A stretch of 64,000 bases of DNA from Candidatus Hermodarchaeota archaeon. GTDB lineage: Archaea; Asgardarchaeota; Lokiarchaeia; Sigyniarchaeales; SOKP01. The stretch spans positions 1 through 64,000 of the forward strand of contig JBHLLP010000012.1 of assembly GCA_048885525.1 (NCBI GenBank), read 5' to 3'. Position 1 is the stretch's first letter. Each line of letters begins with the position of its first letter. The translations under genes and the position numbers were made by a program. Under the pieces are notes generated by a model. That model saw only the letters and a list, made by a program, of their open reading frames with translations, did no database searches and had not been told where the DNA came from. Positions 30,962 to 40,987 of this stretch are shown here, in pieces.

Positions 30962-31530
30962 AATTATTCTATTTCAATTTTTCTTTAGATTTTATTGTAA
31001 TTTATTAATTTGTTAGAAATATTCAATCAAATTTGAAAATTGTTTTTAATTTTGATAAGACATTTATATATTTTTTAATGACTATCTACGACAAAAATAT
31101 TAATAAGGCTTTCTATTTATAACTAATTTCAAAAATTCAAGGTTTATACTTTTTAGAAAAAGTTACTCATAGATCAAGCTTTCTAAAAAAGTTATCGAAT
31201 ATAGGAACCTTTTGTATAAAACTTGAAAGTTAAATAAATGACAATTTTCGTAAATAAGAATACTTTTTTGTGATAATTTTTTTTTTTTTGAAAAATTAGC
31301 AATATACGTTAAGCATCAGAAGAATAACGTAAAAATCTGTTAATCTAATTGTTCATTAATTTCCTTATTTATATACGAAAACTTGAAAAAATACTTAAGA
31401 TTTTAATATTTAAAGCATAAAATAACTTATTAATAAAAAATTAATTAATATCTTGGTAATATTCTACTATATAAATATTTAAAGTAAAATCTAAATGTTC
31501 ATTGCATTATTAAAATTTTGGTGAAAAAGT

Positions 31531-32211
31531 ATTAAAATTCTTGTTTCTGGGCCACTTCAATCAGGAAAGTCAAGTTATATTAAAGCTTTAGACGATAATG
31601 CATTGAATGTTGAAGCACAAGGTAAAGACCAGAAGTTTTATACAGTTGCGATGGATTTAGGATGCGTTAAATTAAATGGATTTGAATGTTACTTATTTGG
31701 TACACCGGGTCTTTTGCGGTTTTCTGTAATGAGAAATATCGTTACTAATGGTAGTGATGGATTAGTTTTTATATTCGATGCTGCTGCTCCTGAAAAAGAT
31801 GATAGTGCAATTATGATATTAAATTCTATTAGAAAAATATTACCGACCAATATCCCAACTGTTTTTTTGGCAAACAAACAAGATGTTGAAGGTGCTCGAA
31901 CCCCAGAAGTTATCCGATCACAGAATTATTTACCCGAAGATAGTAGAATCTTTCCAACAAGTTCAAAAACAGGATTAAACATAAGAGAATCTATTACACA
32001 CTTAGTTAATCATATATATGAAAAATATTCATCATTACTACAAACTCTTCGTGTGTATGAGAATGATATTGAAGGTTTAGCTGAAGAATTAAAAAAAGAT
32101 ACAATTCAAATGCGAGATTTCTTAAATAATTTAGAAATTAAACGATTTATTGAAATAGATAGGATTTCTAAAACATATAAGGTACGACAAGGATTAAAAT
32201 ATTTAGTATAA
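31531..32211 (+). CDS. Small GTPase (MglA/conservon-like) with C-terminal winged helix; start probably ATT at 31531, not TTG at 31603
   Basis: The in-frame upstream extension reads IKILVSGPLQSGKSS (Walker A), followed by TVAMDLG, LFGTPGL, ANKQD. GGTGA lies at 31520-31524. Confidence 0.75.
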   Translation: MKILVSGPLQSGKSSYIKALDDNALNVEAQGKDQKFYTVAMDLGCVKLNGFECYLFGTPGLLRFSVMRNIVTNGSDGLVFIFDAAAPEKDDSAIMILNSIRKILPTNIPTVFLANKQDVEGARTPEVIRSQNYLPEDSRIFPTSSKTGLNIRESITHLVNHIYEKYSSLLQTLRVYENDIEGLAEELKKDTIQMRDFLNNLEIKRFIEIDRISKTYKVRQGLKYLV

Positions 32212-32221
32212 TTAGCTCTTT

Positions 32222-34108
32222 TTAATTAGCTCTTTTTCTAAATAACAACGGGGAAATTTCTTCTCTGCCATAGTCTTTTATTAAGTTCGCTAATTCTATC
32301 CTGTGGTTATTAAGAATATCCCAAAAAAATTCTGGTACTCCCTCTTCTTTTTTATAAATCGCTTCAATGCGATCAAATTTTTCTAAAACTTTTTTGGGTT
32401 TTATAGAAAATTGTTCAATATAATGCTCTTCTTGATAATCTTCATTAAGATATTGTTTAAACAATGTTCTTAAATCCATATACTCTGGAATATAACCAAT
32501 GGGTGTTGTTATAGCTTTAAAATCATTATGAATTCGCCCTTCAGCCCAGATTACCCAACATAATTTATCTAAAATCCCGTTTAAATATTTTCCTTCTTTA
32601 TTTTTAAGAAAATAATTAGTAGCAAATACTTTTGGGGGATGTTCTAATCTATTGCCAAATTTTTGATGATTTTTGAGGTATTTTCCCAAACTAACAACCA
32701 TGAAGTCAAGATTGGCCATGGGTTGTTGCATCCTCACCCCTTCAGCACCTAGAGTTGCAGAGGTTGTTTCAGATTCAATTGAAGCCCCTAGAAAAACTCC
32801 ATGCTCCCAATTTTTACTTTCTAGTACAGGTGGCATAGTATCGCTATCTCGCCCTCCATAAAGAATACCATGTACTGGTACTCCATCTGGGTTATGTAAA
32901 TTGGGATCTGCGTTATTTAATTGTTCAATACCAATTGTGTAACGAGCGTTTGGGTGTGCATGAGGAATTTCTTTACCATCTCTATCTTTTTTTCCTTTAA
33001 ACCAATTTCCTGAAAAATTGAATCCATCATCTGGGGTTGACCTTCCATCTCCAATCCAATAAGGAGTTCCATCTTTTAATAAAACATTTGAAAAGATAGT
33101 TTCCCGAGGTGTTGTAAGGGCTTCAAAAATTACTGGATCATCTTTTGCATTTACATCTTTAATGATTCCAAAGATACCCTTCTCAATATTTACTGCATGT
33201 GCATAACCGTCATTCCAAACTCTAAGATATGCAATATCATCTCCTATTATACTTTGCCCCGGTAACATAGCAGTACTAGTTTTACCACATGCAGAAGGAA
33301 AAGCACCACAGAAATATGAAACTCTAGATGTTCCTTTTGGATGAACACCCATTAAGAAGTAATGTTCTGATAACCAATCTTCATTGTTAGCCTTGTAAAT
33401 TGCTAAACGTAAGGCGAGCTTTTTTAATCCGAGCGAATTTCCAGCATATTGATTATTTACTGAAAGCACACATCCTTCTTTTAAATCTATATAAACTCTT
33501 CTTTTATCAAGATTTTTAGTTACTGGAGGATCTCCAGTTAGTTCACCCGAAGAGTGAATGAAATAGAAGAAATTATTAGACCCATTTAATCTTTTGAATT
33601 CCTCATACCCTGCTCTATATAGAAGATCTTCTGAATGAGCAACATAAAAAGAATCGGTTAATTGAAGAGCAAGTATTGAGAATTCTGAATTTTTTGGACC
33701 TAAACAAAAAAATCGTACTACACACTCATGGTCTTTCATACACCCATCCATGATTTCTAAGATTTCTTTTAATCCTTTTTCTCTTTCCATCGTATTTATC
33801 CAAGGGTATGCATCTATTTCATCTTTAGGCACTAAAACTTGAGTATTATCTTTATCTCTTGCTTGATCATGATTTGACATTGTAAAAAATCCATCAAAAT
33901 GGTTTGTGTGCCCCTCAATTGCTAATATTAGCTCTTCCCCGAGATTAATTGCTTTTTGTCTGCAGTAATCAATATCGTCTTTAGAATCCGTTATAACTGT
34001 CACTTTAGATGGTTTACATAAAGATACAAATTCGTTTACGATTTTTAAGATATGTTTATTATTTAAAGTCTTAATCTTTTCAAGATTATTGTTATCAATA
34101 ACTTCCAT
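32222..34108 (-). CDS. pckG: Phosphoenolpyruvate carboxykinase (GTP)
   Basis: YAGN..GLKK, AFPSACGKTS.AM, IGDDIA, HPNARY, YGGR. Confidence 0.95.
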   Translation of the reverse strand: MEVIDNNNLEKIKTLNNKHILKIVNEFVSLCKPSKVTVITDSKDDIDYCRQKAINLGEELILAIEGHTNHFDGFFTMSNHDQARDKDNTQVLVPKDEIDAYPWINTMEREKGLKEILEIMDGCMKDHECVVRFFCLGPKNSEFSILALQLTDSFYVAHSEDLLYRAGYEEFKRLNGSNNFFYFIHSSGELTGDPPVTKNLDKRRVYIDLKEGCVLSVNNQYAGNSLGLKKLALRLAIYKANNEDWLSEHYFLMGVHPKGTSRVSYFCGAFPSACGKTSTAMLPGQSIIGDDIAYLRVWNDGYAHAVNIEKGIFGIIKDVNAKDDPVIFEALTTPRETIFSNVLLKDGTPYWIGDGRSTPDDGFNFSGNWFKGKKDRDGKEIPHAHPNARYTIGIEQLNNADPNLHNPDGVPVHGILYGGRDSDTMPPVLESKNWEHGVFLGASIESETTSATLGAEGVRMQQPMANLDFMVVSLGKYLKNHQKFGNRLEHPPKVFATNYFLKNKEGKYLNGILDKLCWVIWAEGRIHNDFKAITTPIGYIPEYMDLRTLFKQYLNEDYQEEHYIEQFSIKPKKVLEKFDRIEAIYKKEEGVPEFFWDILNNHRIELANLIKDYGREEISPLLFRKRAN

Positions 34109-34344
34109 TTTATCTTTTTTTGCTCATTATATTGTTGAATCAATTCATTATGACTCTAGAGGTGTTACAAGAAAAGTTTTGAACTTTTTTAATTTTTGTT
34201 TTTTATTCTGTTATGGTTGTTAGCTTCAGTTAAAGAATTGGGAAGATATAAATCTCGAAATCGTGCTAAATTTGAATTTAGTTCATTCAATAGATATTAA
34301 ATTGATAATAAAACAAAAAAGAAATAAAAAAGATTTAGTAGTTA

Positions 34345-35937
34345 TTAATCTAAGCCTGCAGGTTTACTACCTTTAGCACTTATTATTCTATCAACTCTTA
34401 AGATTAAATTGGCCAGCTCGCTCCCAGATTTAATAATGTGATTTATTAATTCCGCTGGTTCAACAATTCCTCTTTGAAAGTTATCTCCTATCGTGTTAGT
34501 AATAGTATCAATGCCAATCCATTTATCATCTATTGTTTTATGCGATGCTCTTAATTCTGTTAACATTTCTATTTCTTCTAATCCAGCATTTTTGATTAAA
34601 GTTTTAGGTATTTCTTCAAGTGCTAAGGCAAAAGCATTTACAGCAAGTTGTTCTTTACCACTAATTTCATTCGCATATTCTCTTATTCTTTTGGCAAGTT
34701 CAATATATATTGCTCCTCCTCCAGCAACAACAGTTTTTGTATCAATTATTTTAGCGATAACTGACAACACATCGTTCAGAGAAACTTCAGCTGTACTTAG
34801 AATCTTATCAAGACCACCTTTGAGTAAAATTGAAACAGATTTAGGATTTTTACATTCTGAAAATAATGTATATTCATCATCTCCTAATTTTTCAAAATGG
34901 ATTTTTGCAGCAAATCCTAAATCATCTTCTGAAAGCGAAGTTAAATCATCTACAAGTTTTGCTCCAACAGCTTTTAGTATCGATTTATAATCACTTTCAC
35001 CAACATTTTTAATACCAGCAATACCTTCTCTTGCTAAATAAGCACCAAATTTATCTGAGATATCACTACTATTAACAACCATATTGACCCCAAGATTCTT
35101 AAAGATCTTCAAATAATCCATTAGTATTTTGTCTTCTTGATCGAGAAATTTTTGAATTTCAGAGGGACTAGAAATTCGAACCTGAGCATCGAATTCTGTT
35201 TTTTTAACATCTAACTTGCGTCGAATAACAGCGATTTTTGCGTTTTTTATAGTATCTGGCATCATCGAATTTACTTTTTCTTTTTGAGTATATACTCCAT
35301 TAATCAATTCTGTTTCTCTAAGGGATTTACCTGGAGCTTTTACGATTTTTACATTGCTAACTTTTGCAAATGTATTTCCCTTATCATCAGCTATATGTTT
35401 AATTGCTTTTAAAGCAAGATTGGCAAAGAAATCTTTTAATGGAGCAATATCTTTGGCATTCATTGCAGTTTTGGCAGCATTTTTAAGAAGATTATCATCA
35501 TCACTCGATATTTTTGCCGCAATTTCTTTAATAATTGAAAGGGCTTTATCTCCTGCTAATTTATATCCATGAGTAATAGGTTTAGGATGAATATCTTGTT
35601 CAATCAATTCTAAAGCATTATTTAGTAAAGCAGCAGAAAAAATTACGGCAGAAGTAGTACCATCACCAATATCTTCATCAATTGACTTTGCTACATTAAC
35701 CATCATATTCGCAGCTATATTTTCAATGTCAAGATTCTTCAAGATTTCTGCTCCGTCATTAGTAATGGTAACATCTCCCATAGAATCAACGAGCATCTTT
35801 GACATGCCTTTTGGGCCAAGAGTAGACCGAACAGTCTCCGCAATTGCAACCATTGCTGTAATATTCTGCTTTCGAGCTTCTCTCTCACGAACTTCCTCTG
35901 TTCCTTCTTTTAAAATAATTATTGGAACATTACTCAA
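34345..35937 (-). CDS. Thermosome (group II chaperonin) subunit
   Basis: STLGPKG, TITNDGA, GDGTTS, AGGGA; SD AGGTGA upstream of TTG. Confidence 0.95.
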   Translation of the reverse strand: MSNVPIIILKEGTEEVREREARKQNITAMVAIAETVRSTLGPKGMSKMLVDSMGDVTITNDGAEILKNLDIENIAANMMVNVAKSIDEDIGDGTTSAVIFSAALLNNALELIEQDIHPKPITHGYKLAGDKALSIIKEIAAKISSDDDNLLKNAAKTAMNAKDIAPLKDFFANLALKAIKHIADDKGNTFAKVSNVKIVKAPGKSLRETELINGVYTQKEKVNSMMPDTIKNAKIAVIRRKLDVKKTEFDAQVRISSPSEIQKFLDQEDKILMDYLKIFKNLGVNMVVNSSDISDKFGAYLAREGIAGIKNVGESDYKSILKAVGAKLVDDLTSLSEDDLGFAAKIHFEKLGDDEYTLFSECKNPKSVSILLKGGLDKILSTAEVSLNDVLSVIAKIIDTKTVVAGGGAIYIELAKRIREYANEISGKEQLAVNAFALALEEIPKTLIKNAGLEEIEMLTELRASHKTIDDKWIGIDTITNTIGDNFQRGIVEPAELINHIIKSGSELANLILRVDRIISAKGSKPAGLD

Positions 35938-36163
35938 TTTTTTTTTTCACCTATAAATTTGATTTAAGATCTAAAAATTACTTTAAATAGATCTCTATGT
36001 CATAAAAATTTTATCAAATTTCTTTGAAATTTTGAACAACTTTAAATACGAAACCTATTAATCAGGAATTCTAATTGAAATTTTTCTAAACTTTTATATA
36101 GTTCTCAAAATAAAATATATTGATCTTAGTAGTTCATTATAATTTTTTCAGAGTTGATTCTTC

Positions 36164-36622
36164 ATGAAAAAGGAGAAAGTTCTTGACGAAATCGATAGAA
36201 ATATCCTTAGAATATTACAAAACGATGCTCGTACAAGCTATAGGGAAGTTCAAGATCAATTAGGTATATCAATCGGTACAATACATAATAGGATTTCAAA
36301 GCTCAAAAAAAGAGGAATCATCGAGGGATACACTTTAAAGCTTAATAATGAGAAACTTGGTTATAAACTTTCTTTTTTGATAAGAATTAACTGCGATGGC
36401 AAATTTACTGAAGAGATACTTAATGAAATTGCTGAAATACCTGAGGTATGTAGCGTTTTCCATACAACTGGAGATCAATCTGCTGCTTTAATTTGCAGGT
36501 TTAAAGAATCAGCAGATGTACATAGTTTCATTAGAGAATTAAACCAAAAAGAATATATTACGAGAACAAATTCCAATATGATCCTTAAAGAGTATAAAAA
36601 CGCTTCTTTTGTGCAAATTTAG
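36164..36622 (+). CDS. Lrp/AsnC transcriptional regulator
   Basis: LDEIDRNIL..LQNDAR.SY..LGIS.GT.HNRI.KL. Confidence 0.92.
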   Translation: MKKEKVLDEIDRNILRILQNDARTSYREVQDQLGISIGTIHNRISKLKKRGIIEGYTLKLNNEKLGYKLSFLIRINCDGKFTEEILNEIAEIPEVCSVFHTTGDQSAALICRFKESADVHSFIRELNQKEYITRTNSNMILKEYKNASFVQI

Positions 36623-36783
36623 TCATTCTAAAAAAATTTTAACATTGAAAATTTTTTAGATATTATTTTCTTGATTATTTCTAAGATTATCAGTTTTTAT
36701 ACTTTTTATTTTGAAATGAAATCAAAATTTATTATGCTAGATATATTTCTATTATTATCAAACATTAACTGTAGGAGAAAAGC

Positions 36784-37884
36784 ATGACTGAGGATTTCAA
36801 AATAGATCCGTGGGGGGCTACTTCACTTGAGGAGGAAGATTACTCTAGATTAATAAAAGAATTTGGTATCAATGAAATAACAGAATCTCTTAGACAGAAA
36901 ATGATCAAAAATAGATTTGTAAGGAGGAAGATCATCTTCGGCCATCGTGATTTAGGTCTTATTTATAAAGCTATAGAAAAAGGCCAACCCTGGGCAGTAA
37001 TGAGTGGCATTAAACCTTCTGGGCCATTTCACTTAGGTACAGCAACTACAGCCTTAGAGATTGTTGAATTTCAGAAAATGGGAGGTAAAGCTTATTATGG
37101 AATCGCAGATATTGAAAGTTGGGAAGATAATGGAATACCATGGGAAGAAGCAGAAGAAACCGCGGTAGATAATATTGCTGATATATTGGCTCTAGGTTTG
37201 GATCCGTCTCCAGAAAAAGCATATATTTGGAGACAATCAAAAGAGCCAAAAGTAAAAGACATTTGTTTTAAGGTTAGTAGACTAGTTACCCAAAATATGT
37301 TGACCGCTATTTATGGCGAGCGGACATTTGGACTTTACATATCTTCTTTAATACAAGTAGGAGATATCGTACTCCCCCAAGTAGTAGAAGGACCTCAACC
37401 AACTATAGTACCTGTAGGAATAGATCAAGATCCTCATATTCGTCTAACTAGAGATTTAACTCGTAGAAATTACAAGAATTTTTTTTTACCAGGGGCAACA
37501 TATCATTATTTATTAGCAGGAATTGATGGTTCAGAAAAGATGGCTAAGAGAAGCCCTAACAGTTATTTTACATTCAATGAATCGCTTGAGTCAATTGAGA
37601 GAAAAGTTAAGGGTGCTTTAACTGGAGGTAGACGAAACTTAAAAGAGCAACGTGAATTAGGCGGTGAACCTCAAAAATGCATGGTCTATAAAATGTTAAT
37701 GTATCATTTTGAGGAAGATGATGAAAAATTATCGAGAGATTTTGAAATGTGTGTGAAAGGAGAATTGATGTGCGGAGAGCATAAACAAGAATGCGTTGAG
37801 AAAGTTCTGAAATTCATAGAAAACCATAGAATGAAAAAAGAAAAACTAATAGATAAGGCAAAAGAAATTTTAAATATTGATTAA
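36784..37884 (+). CDS. trpS: Tryptophan-tRNA ligase (archaeal type)
   Basis: IDPW, FGHRD, SGIKPSGPFHLG, VPVGIDQDPH, KMAKRS, ALTGGR. Confidence 0.95.
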   Translation: MTEDFKIDPWGATSLEEEDYSRLIKEFGINEITESLRQKMIKNRFVRRKIIFGHRDLGLIYKAIEKGQPWAVMSGIKPSGPFHLGTATTALEIVEFQKMGGKAYYGIADIESWEDNGIPWEEAEETAVDNIADILALGLDPSPEKAYIWRQSKEPKVKDICFKVSRLVTQNMLTAIYGERTFGLYISSLIQVGDIVLPQVVEGPQPTIVPVGIDQDPHIRLTRDLTRRNYKNFFLPGATYHYLLAGIDGSEKMAKRSPNSYFTFNESLESIERKVKGALTGGRRNLKEQRELGGEPQKCMVYKMLMYHFEEDDEKLSRDFEMCVKGELMCGEHKQECVEKVLKFIENHRMKKEKLIDKAKEILNID

Positions 37885-37897
37885 TAACTTCTAAATC

Positions 37898-38821
37898 TTA
37901 TATTAATTGTTCTAAAATCTTAACCAAACTATCAAGAAAAACTGGGAACTTTTCAAAGAATTTTTCTTTATATTGGTCTTTAAGTACTGCTGAAATGAAA
38001 AACGTGTCATTTTTAATTTTCTTTTTTAGTAGATATGAAAAGAGCTTACCTTCAGTTGAGGTAAAATCAAAATTTCCTTCATATTTTTCCTCTTCCATCC
38101 GTTTAAGTAAAAAGAGATGCTCTTTAATGGATTCTAACAACTCAACATATACTTCGGCTTCTATATCGCTGTAATATTCAGAAACAATAATTCCATTCCG
38201 ATCGAATAAAATAAGAGCTTGACTTTGAAATATTTCTAAATAATATTCTAATAATTCTGAAAGCTCAAAGAATTTTTTATCAAAAACAGATAAGCCATAT
38301 GAGACTAACTGAACGATCGAAATGATATCATAAATTGATGATTGTTGAAATAAAATATTGAAATTCGGATAATCATTCAAAATTTTTTTTCTTAATTTTT
38401 CAATATTAGCTAAAATTTTAACATCAGCTTTTAAATCTGGATCATATTTATGAAAAGTGATAATAATGGGGACATTCATTTCGCTTTTTTCAAAAAAACT
38501 TAGAATTGCATTTAAATATTCAAGTGAGTCATCAAATCGATCTGGATCTTGAATATCGATAACATAGATAAGTAAATCAGTAGCATCAAAATACACATCT
38601 TGATAATTGACGTAAATCTCTCTATAAGTTTCTTGTCCTCCCATATCCCAGAATACAGTATTACTTTTTAAAAAATTCATCTTATGGTATTCTACTCTAA
38701 TAGTAGGTTTAAGTTGGACAATATCCTTTTCAAAATCATATTTTTTATCTAAGGCTGTTAAGATTGAAGTCTTTCCGGCGTTATCAAGTCCTGAAATTAT
38801 ACACTTTAATAGACCTTCCAA
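37898..38821 (-). CDS. Rag/Arf-like small GTPase with C-terminal roadblock/longin-like domain
   Basis: GLDNAGKTS, PT, WDMGGQ, FHKYD, SIYD; C-terminal ALILFDRNGIIVSE. Confidence 0.85.
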   Translation of the reverse strand: MEGLLKCIISGLDNAGKTSILTALDKKYDFEKDIVQLKPTIRVEYHKMNFLKSNTVFWDMGGQETYREIYVNYQDVYFDATDLLIYVIDIQDPDRFDDSLEYLNAILSFFEKSEMNVPIIITFHKYDPDLKADVKILANIEKLRKKILNDYPNFNILFQQSSIYDIISIVQLVSYGLSVFDKKFFELSELLEYYLEIFQSQALILFDRNGIIVSEYYSDIEAEVYVELLESIKEHLFLLKRMEEEKYEGNFDFTSTEGKLFSYLLKKKIKNDTFFISAVLKDQYKEKFFEKFPVFLDSLVKILEQLI

Positions 38822-39135
38822 TTGTTTTCAGCTCTTATTTATTTTAGCAAATAGTTGAATTTAATAAAATAATAGATTCATTTAAATTTAAAGTTCTGGG
38901 AATAGCAAAAAGAGTTTTTCAAATTTAACCTTGAGATGACTTAAGATATTGTTTGCTATAATATCAAGGAAACATTCAAATATTACTCTTATGTTTATAA
39001 TTTCAATTTCTTGATGGAAATTACTAAAAGAATAATGATTTTAGAGTCATTTCGATGACATTTATATGATATTTATATTTTTTAAACCAGATCTATTGAT
39101 TTTACTTAAGAATATAATTCATAAAAGAGGATGAT

Positions 39136-39372
39136 GTGTTTTTGATAGAAGTTGAAAATAAATTTTTAGAATTTTTAGAGTATCAAATTAGTCTAAAAGA
39201 AAATACTTATAAAACAATGAAAAAGATTCCAGTTTTCTCTGAGCAGGTGAAACAGTTAGATAAATCTGTTATTGACCTTACAGAAAAATTTGATAGAATT
39301 CGTCTTCGGGATAAATATCGGATAATCATAACAGAATTGGATAATTTAATAAAAAGCGCTAAATTAAAATAA
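39136..39372 (+). CDS. Small helical hypothetical protein
   Basis: 78-aa ORF with GAGGA upstream of GTG; fills the intergenic gap. Confidence 0.55.
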   Translation: MFLIEVENKFLEFLEYQISLKENTYKTMKKIPVFSEQVKQLDKSVIDLTEKFDRIRLRDKYRIIITELDNLIKSAKLK

Positions 39373-39402
39373 ATTTAAATTTTTTTTTATATTCCTAAAA
39401 TA

Positions 39403-39825
39403 TTACTCGCCAACAATCATACAATAGATTTTTCTTGATCTTGCTTTTTCATCGCATTCGATAAATATAATCTGCTGCCACGTACCTAATATCAATTTTT
39501 GATTACTAAAAGGAAATACTTGAGATGTTTTAATTAAGAAACTACGTAAATGTCCAGCTCCGTTATAATCATGCCATGTTTCATGATGCTTATAGCGATC
39601 ATCATATGGTATAAGTTTTTCTAAAAGATTTTTGATGTCATACTTAACAAGACCTGGTTCGTATTCTACAGTAGAAATTGCTCCTGTGGATCCAGCTACA
39701 TGCAAATTTACAATTCCGCTGTTTATTTGACTATCGCTTATGCATTGCTGAACTTGGTCTGTTATATTAATGACATCGCAATAGGCTTTAGACCTTAAAT
39801 CAAAGGTTTTTAATACAACTGTCAT
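39403..39825 (-). CDS. yjbQ: YjbQ/UPF0047 family protein
   Basis: GSTG.I..EYE, Y.HH..NGAGH, LGTWQQI..ECD..R.R. Confidence 0.9.
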   Translation of the reverse strand: MTVVLKTFDLRSKAYCDVINITDQVQQCISDSQINSGIVNLHVAGSTGAISTVEYEPGLVKYDIKNLLEKLIPYDDRYKHHETWHDYNGAGHLRSFLIKTSQVFPFSNQKLILGTWQQIIFIECDEKARSRKIYCMIVGE

Positions 39826-39828
39826 TTT

Positions 39829-40872
39829 TTATTTCTTAAATCGCTCACATTTGTTTAAATTTTTAATTTGCTTTAATACTGATTTAGGTAAAGTATTTTG
39901 ATTTCCCTCTTTTAACGCAAGTATTTTAGTTATGATAAGAAGTTCATTTTGATCAAATCCATCAATATTAGTCCATCCTGTCGATTCTCCCGCTTCAATA
40001 CATATAAAAAATGGGGCTTTTTTGCATTTCAAGCATCTGCTGTCCATACATTTCTTACATATTTTAGGATAATAATACACATTCCCATTTTTAAGGAAAA
40101 TTGAAAATTGACCAAATTCTTTGTTATTAACTCTAAGCCAATTAGTAGATTCAAATTGAACGTCTAACTTTAAATTTAAAATAAACTTAACTAATTGTTC
40201 TGTATTTATAGTTTGAGTGAGATTTGCATTGTGAGATTCAGGTTCATAATAATCATTACATTCATCACTTATATTAGAATGAGAGAAGAGAAGGTTTAAG
40301 GGAATAAAGTCGATTATGTAAACATTATCTATTTCTTTACATTTAGATTTTTTAAAAAAAAATGAACAAATTTGGTATAATATGTTTGAGGGTTTAGATA
40401 TTTCATTAATTTCAATATTGTTTGATTTTATTAATGAGTTAAAATTCTCGTTATTAAAATACCTATTACTAATCTCAGCTTTTGTGGATTGCTCAAGAAT
40501 TATGCAAAATATTATAGTAATTGATGGTAAACGGGTCTGGATTTCATTAAAATATTGTAGAATCTGATCTATTTTTGTTTCAGATATGAATATTATTATA
40601 GCTTCAGCCCCATTGTAAAATACTGTACGCAAATAAGATCTCTGTTGTCTACAATCAATATTCCACAAAAGAAATTCAAATCTTTCATATTTTTTAAATA
40701 AATAATCAATTTTACTAATATTTACTCCAATGTTTACCTTATTTTCTAAAGGTAAGGAATTTGAACTTAATTTCTTTTGAAACTCATCTTTATAATTTTC
40801 CATCCCTCCAAGGATGCAGATTTTTTTTTTAATGAGGGGATTACTTAAAAGTGGAGTTTCTAATGAGCTCAT
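39829..40872 (-). CDS. Degenerate Rab/Ras-like domain protein with Cys-rich C-terminal domain
   Basis: KKICILG, NIGVNI, FLLWNI, FYNGAEAIIIF keep the Rab framework but GKS/T and DxxG are lost; CKKC..CLKC..C. Confidence 0.65.
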   Translation of the reverse strand: MSSLETPLLSNPLIKKKICILGGMENYKDEFQKKLSSNSLPLENKVNIGVNISKIDYLFKKYERFEFLLWNIDCRQQRSYLRTVFYNGAEAIIIFISETKIDQILQYFNEIQTRLPSITIIFCIILEQSTKAEISNRYFNNENFNSLIKSNNIEINEISKPSNILYQICSFFFKKSKCKEIDNVYIIDFIPLNLLFSHSNISDECNDYYEPESHNANLTQTINTEQLVKFILNLKLDVQFESTNWLRVNNKEFGQFSIFLKNGNVYYYPKICKKCMDSRCLKCKKAPFFICIEAGESTGWTNIDGFDQNELLIITKILALKEGNQNTLPKSVLKQIKNLNKCERFKK

Positions 40873-40987
40873 TTTACAATCTTCTAATTAATAAAGAATT
40901 TAAGCTAAATCTATTAAATAATAAATTTATTTATGAATTTTAATTTATCTATCTAGCTTTCAACTATATCAACTTTTTGAATCAACT

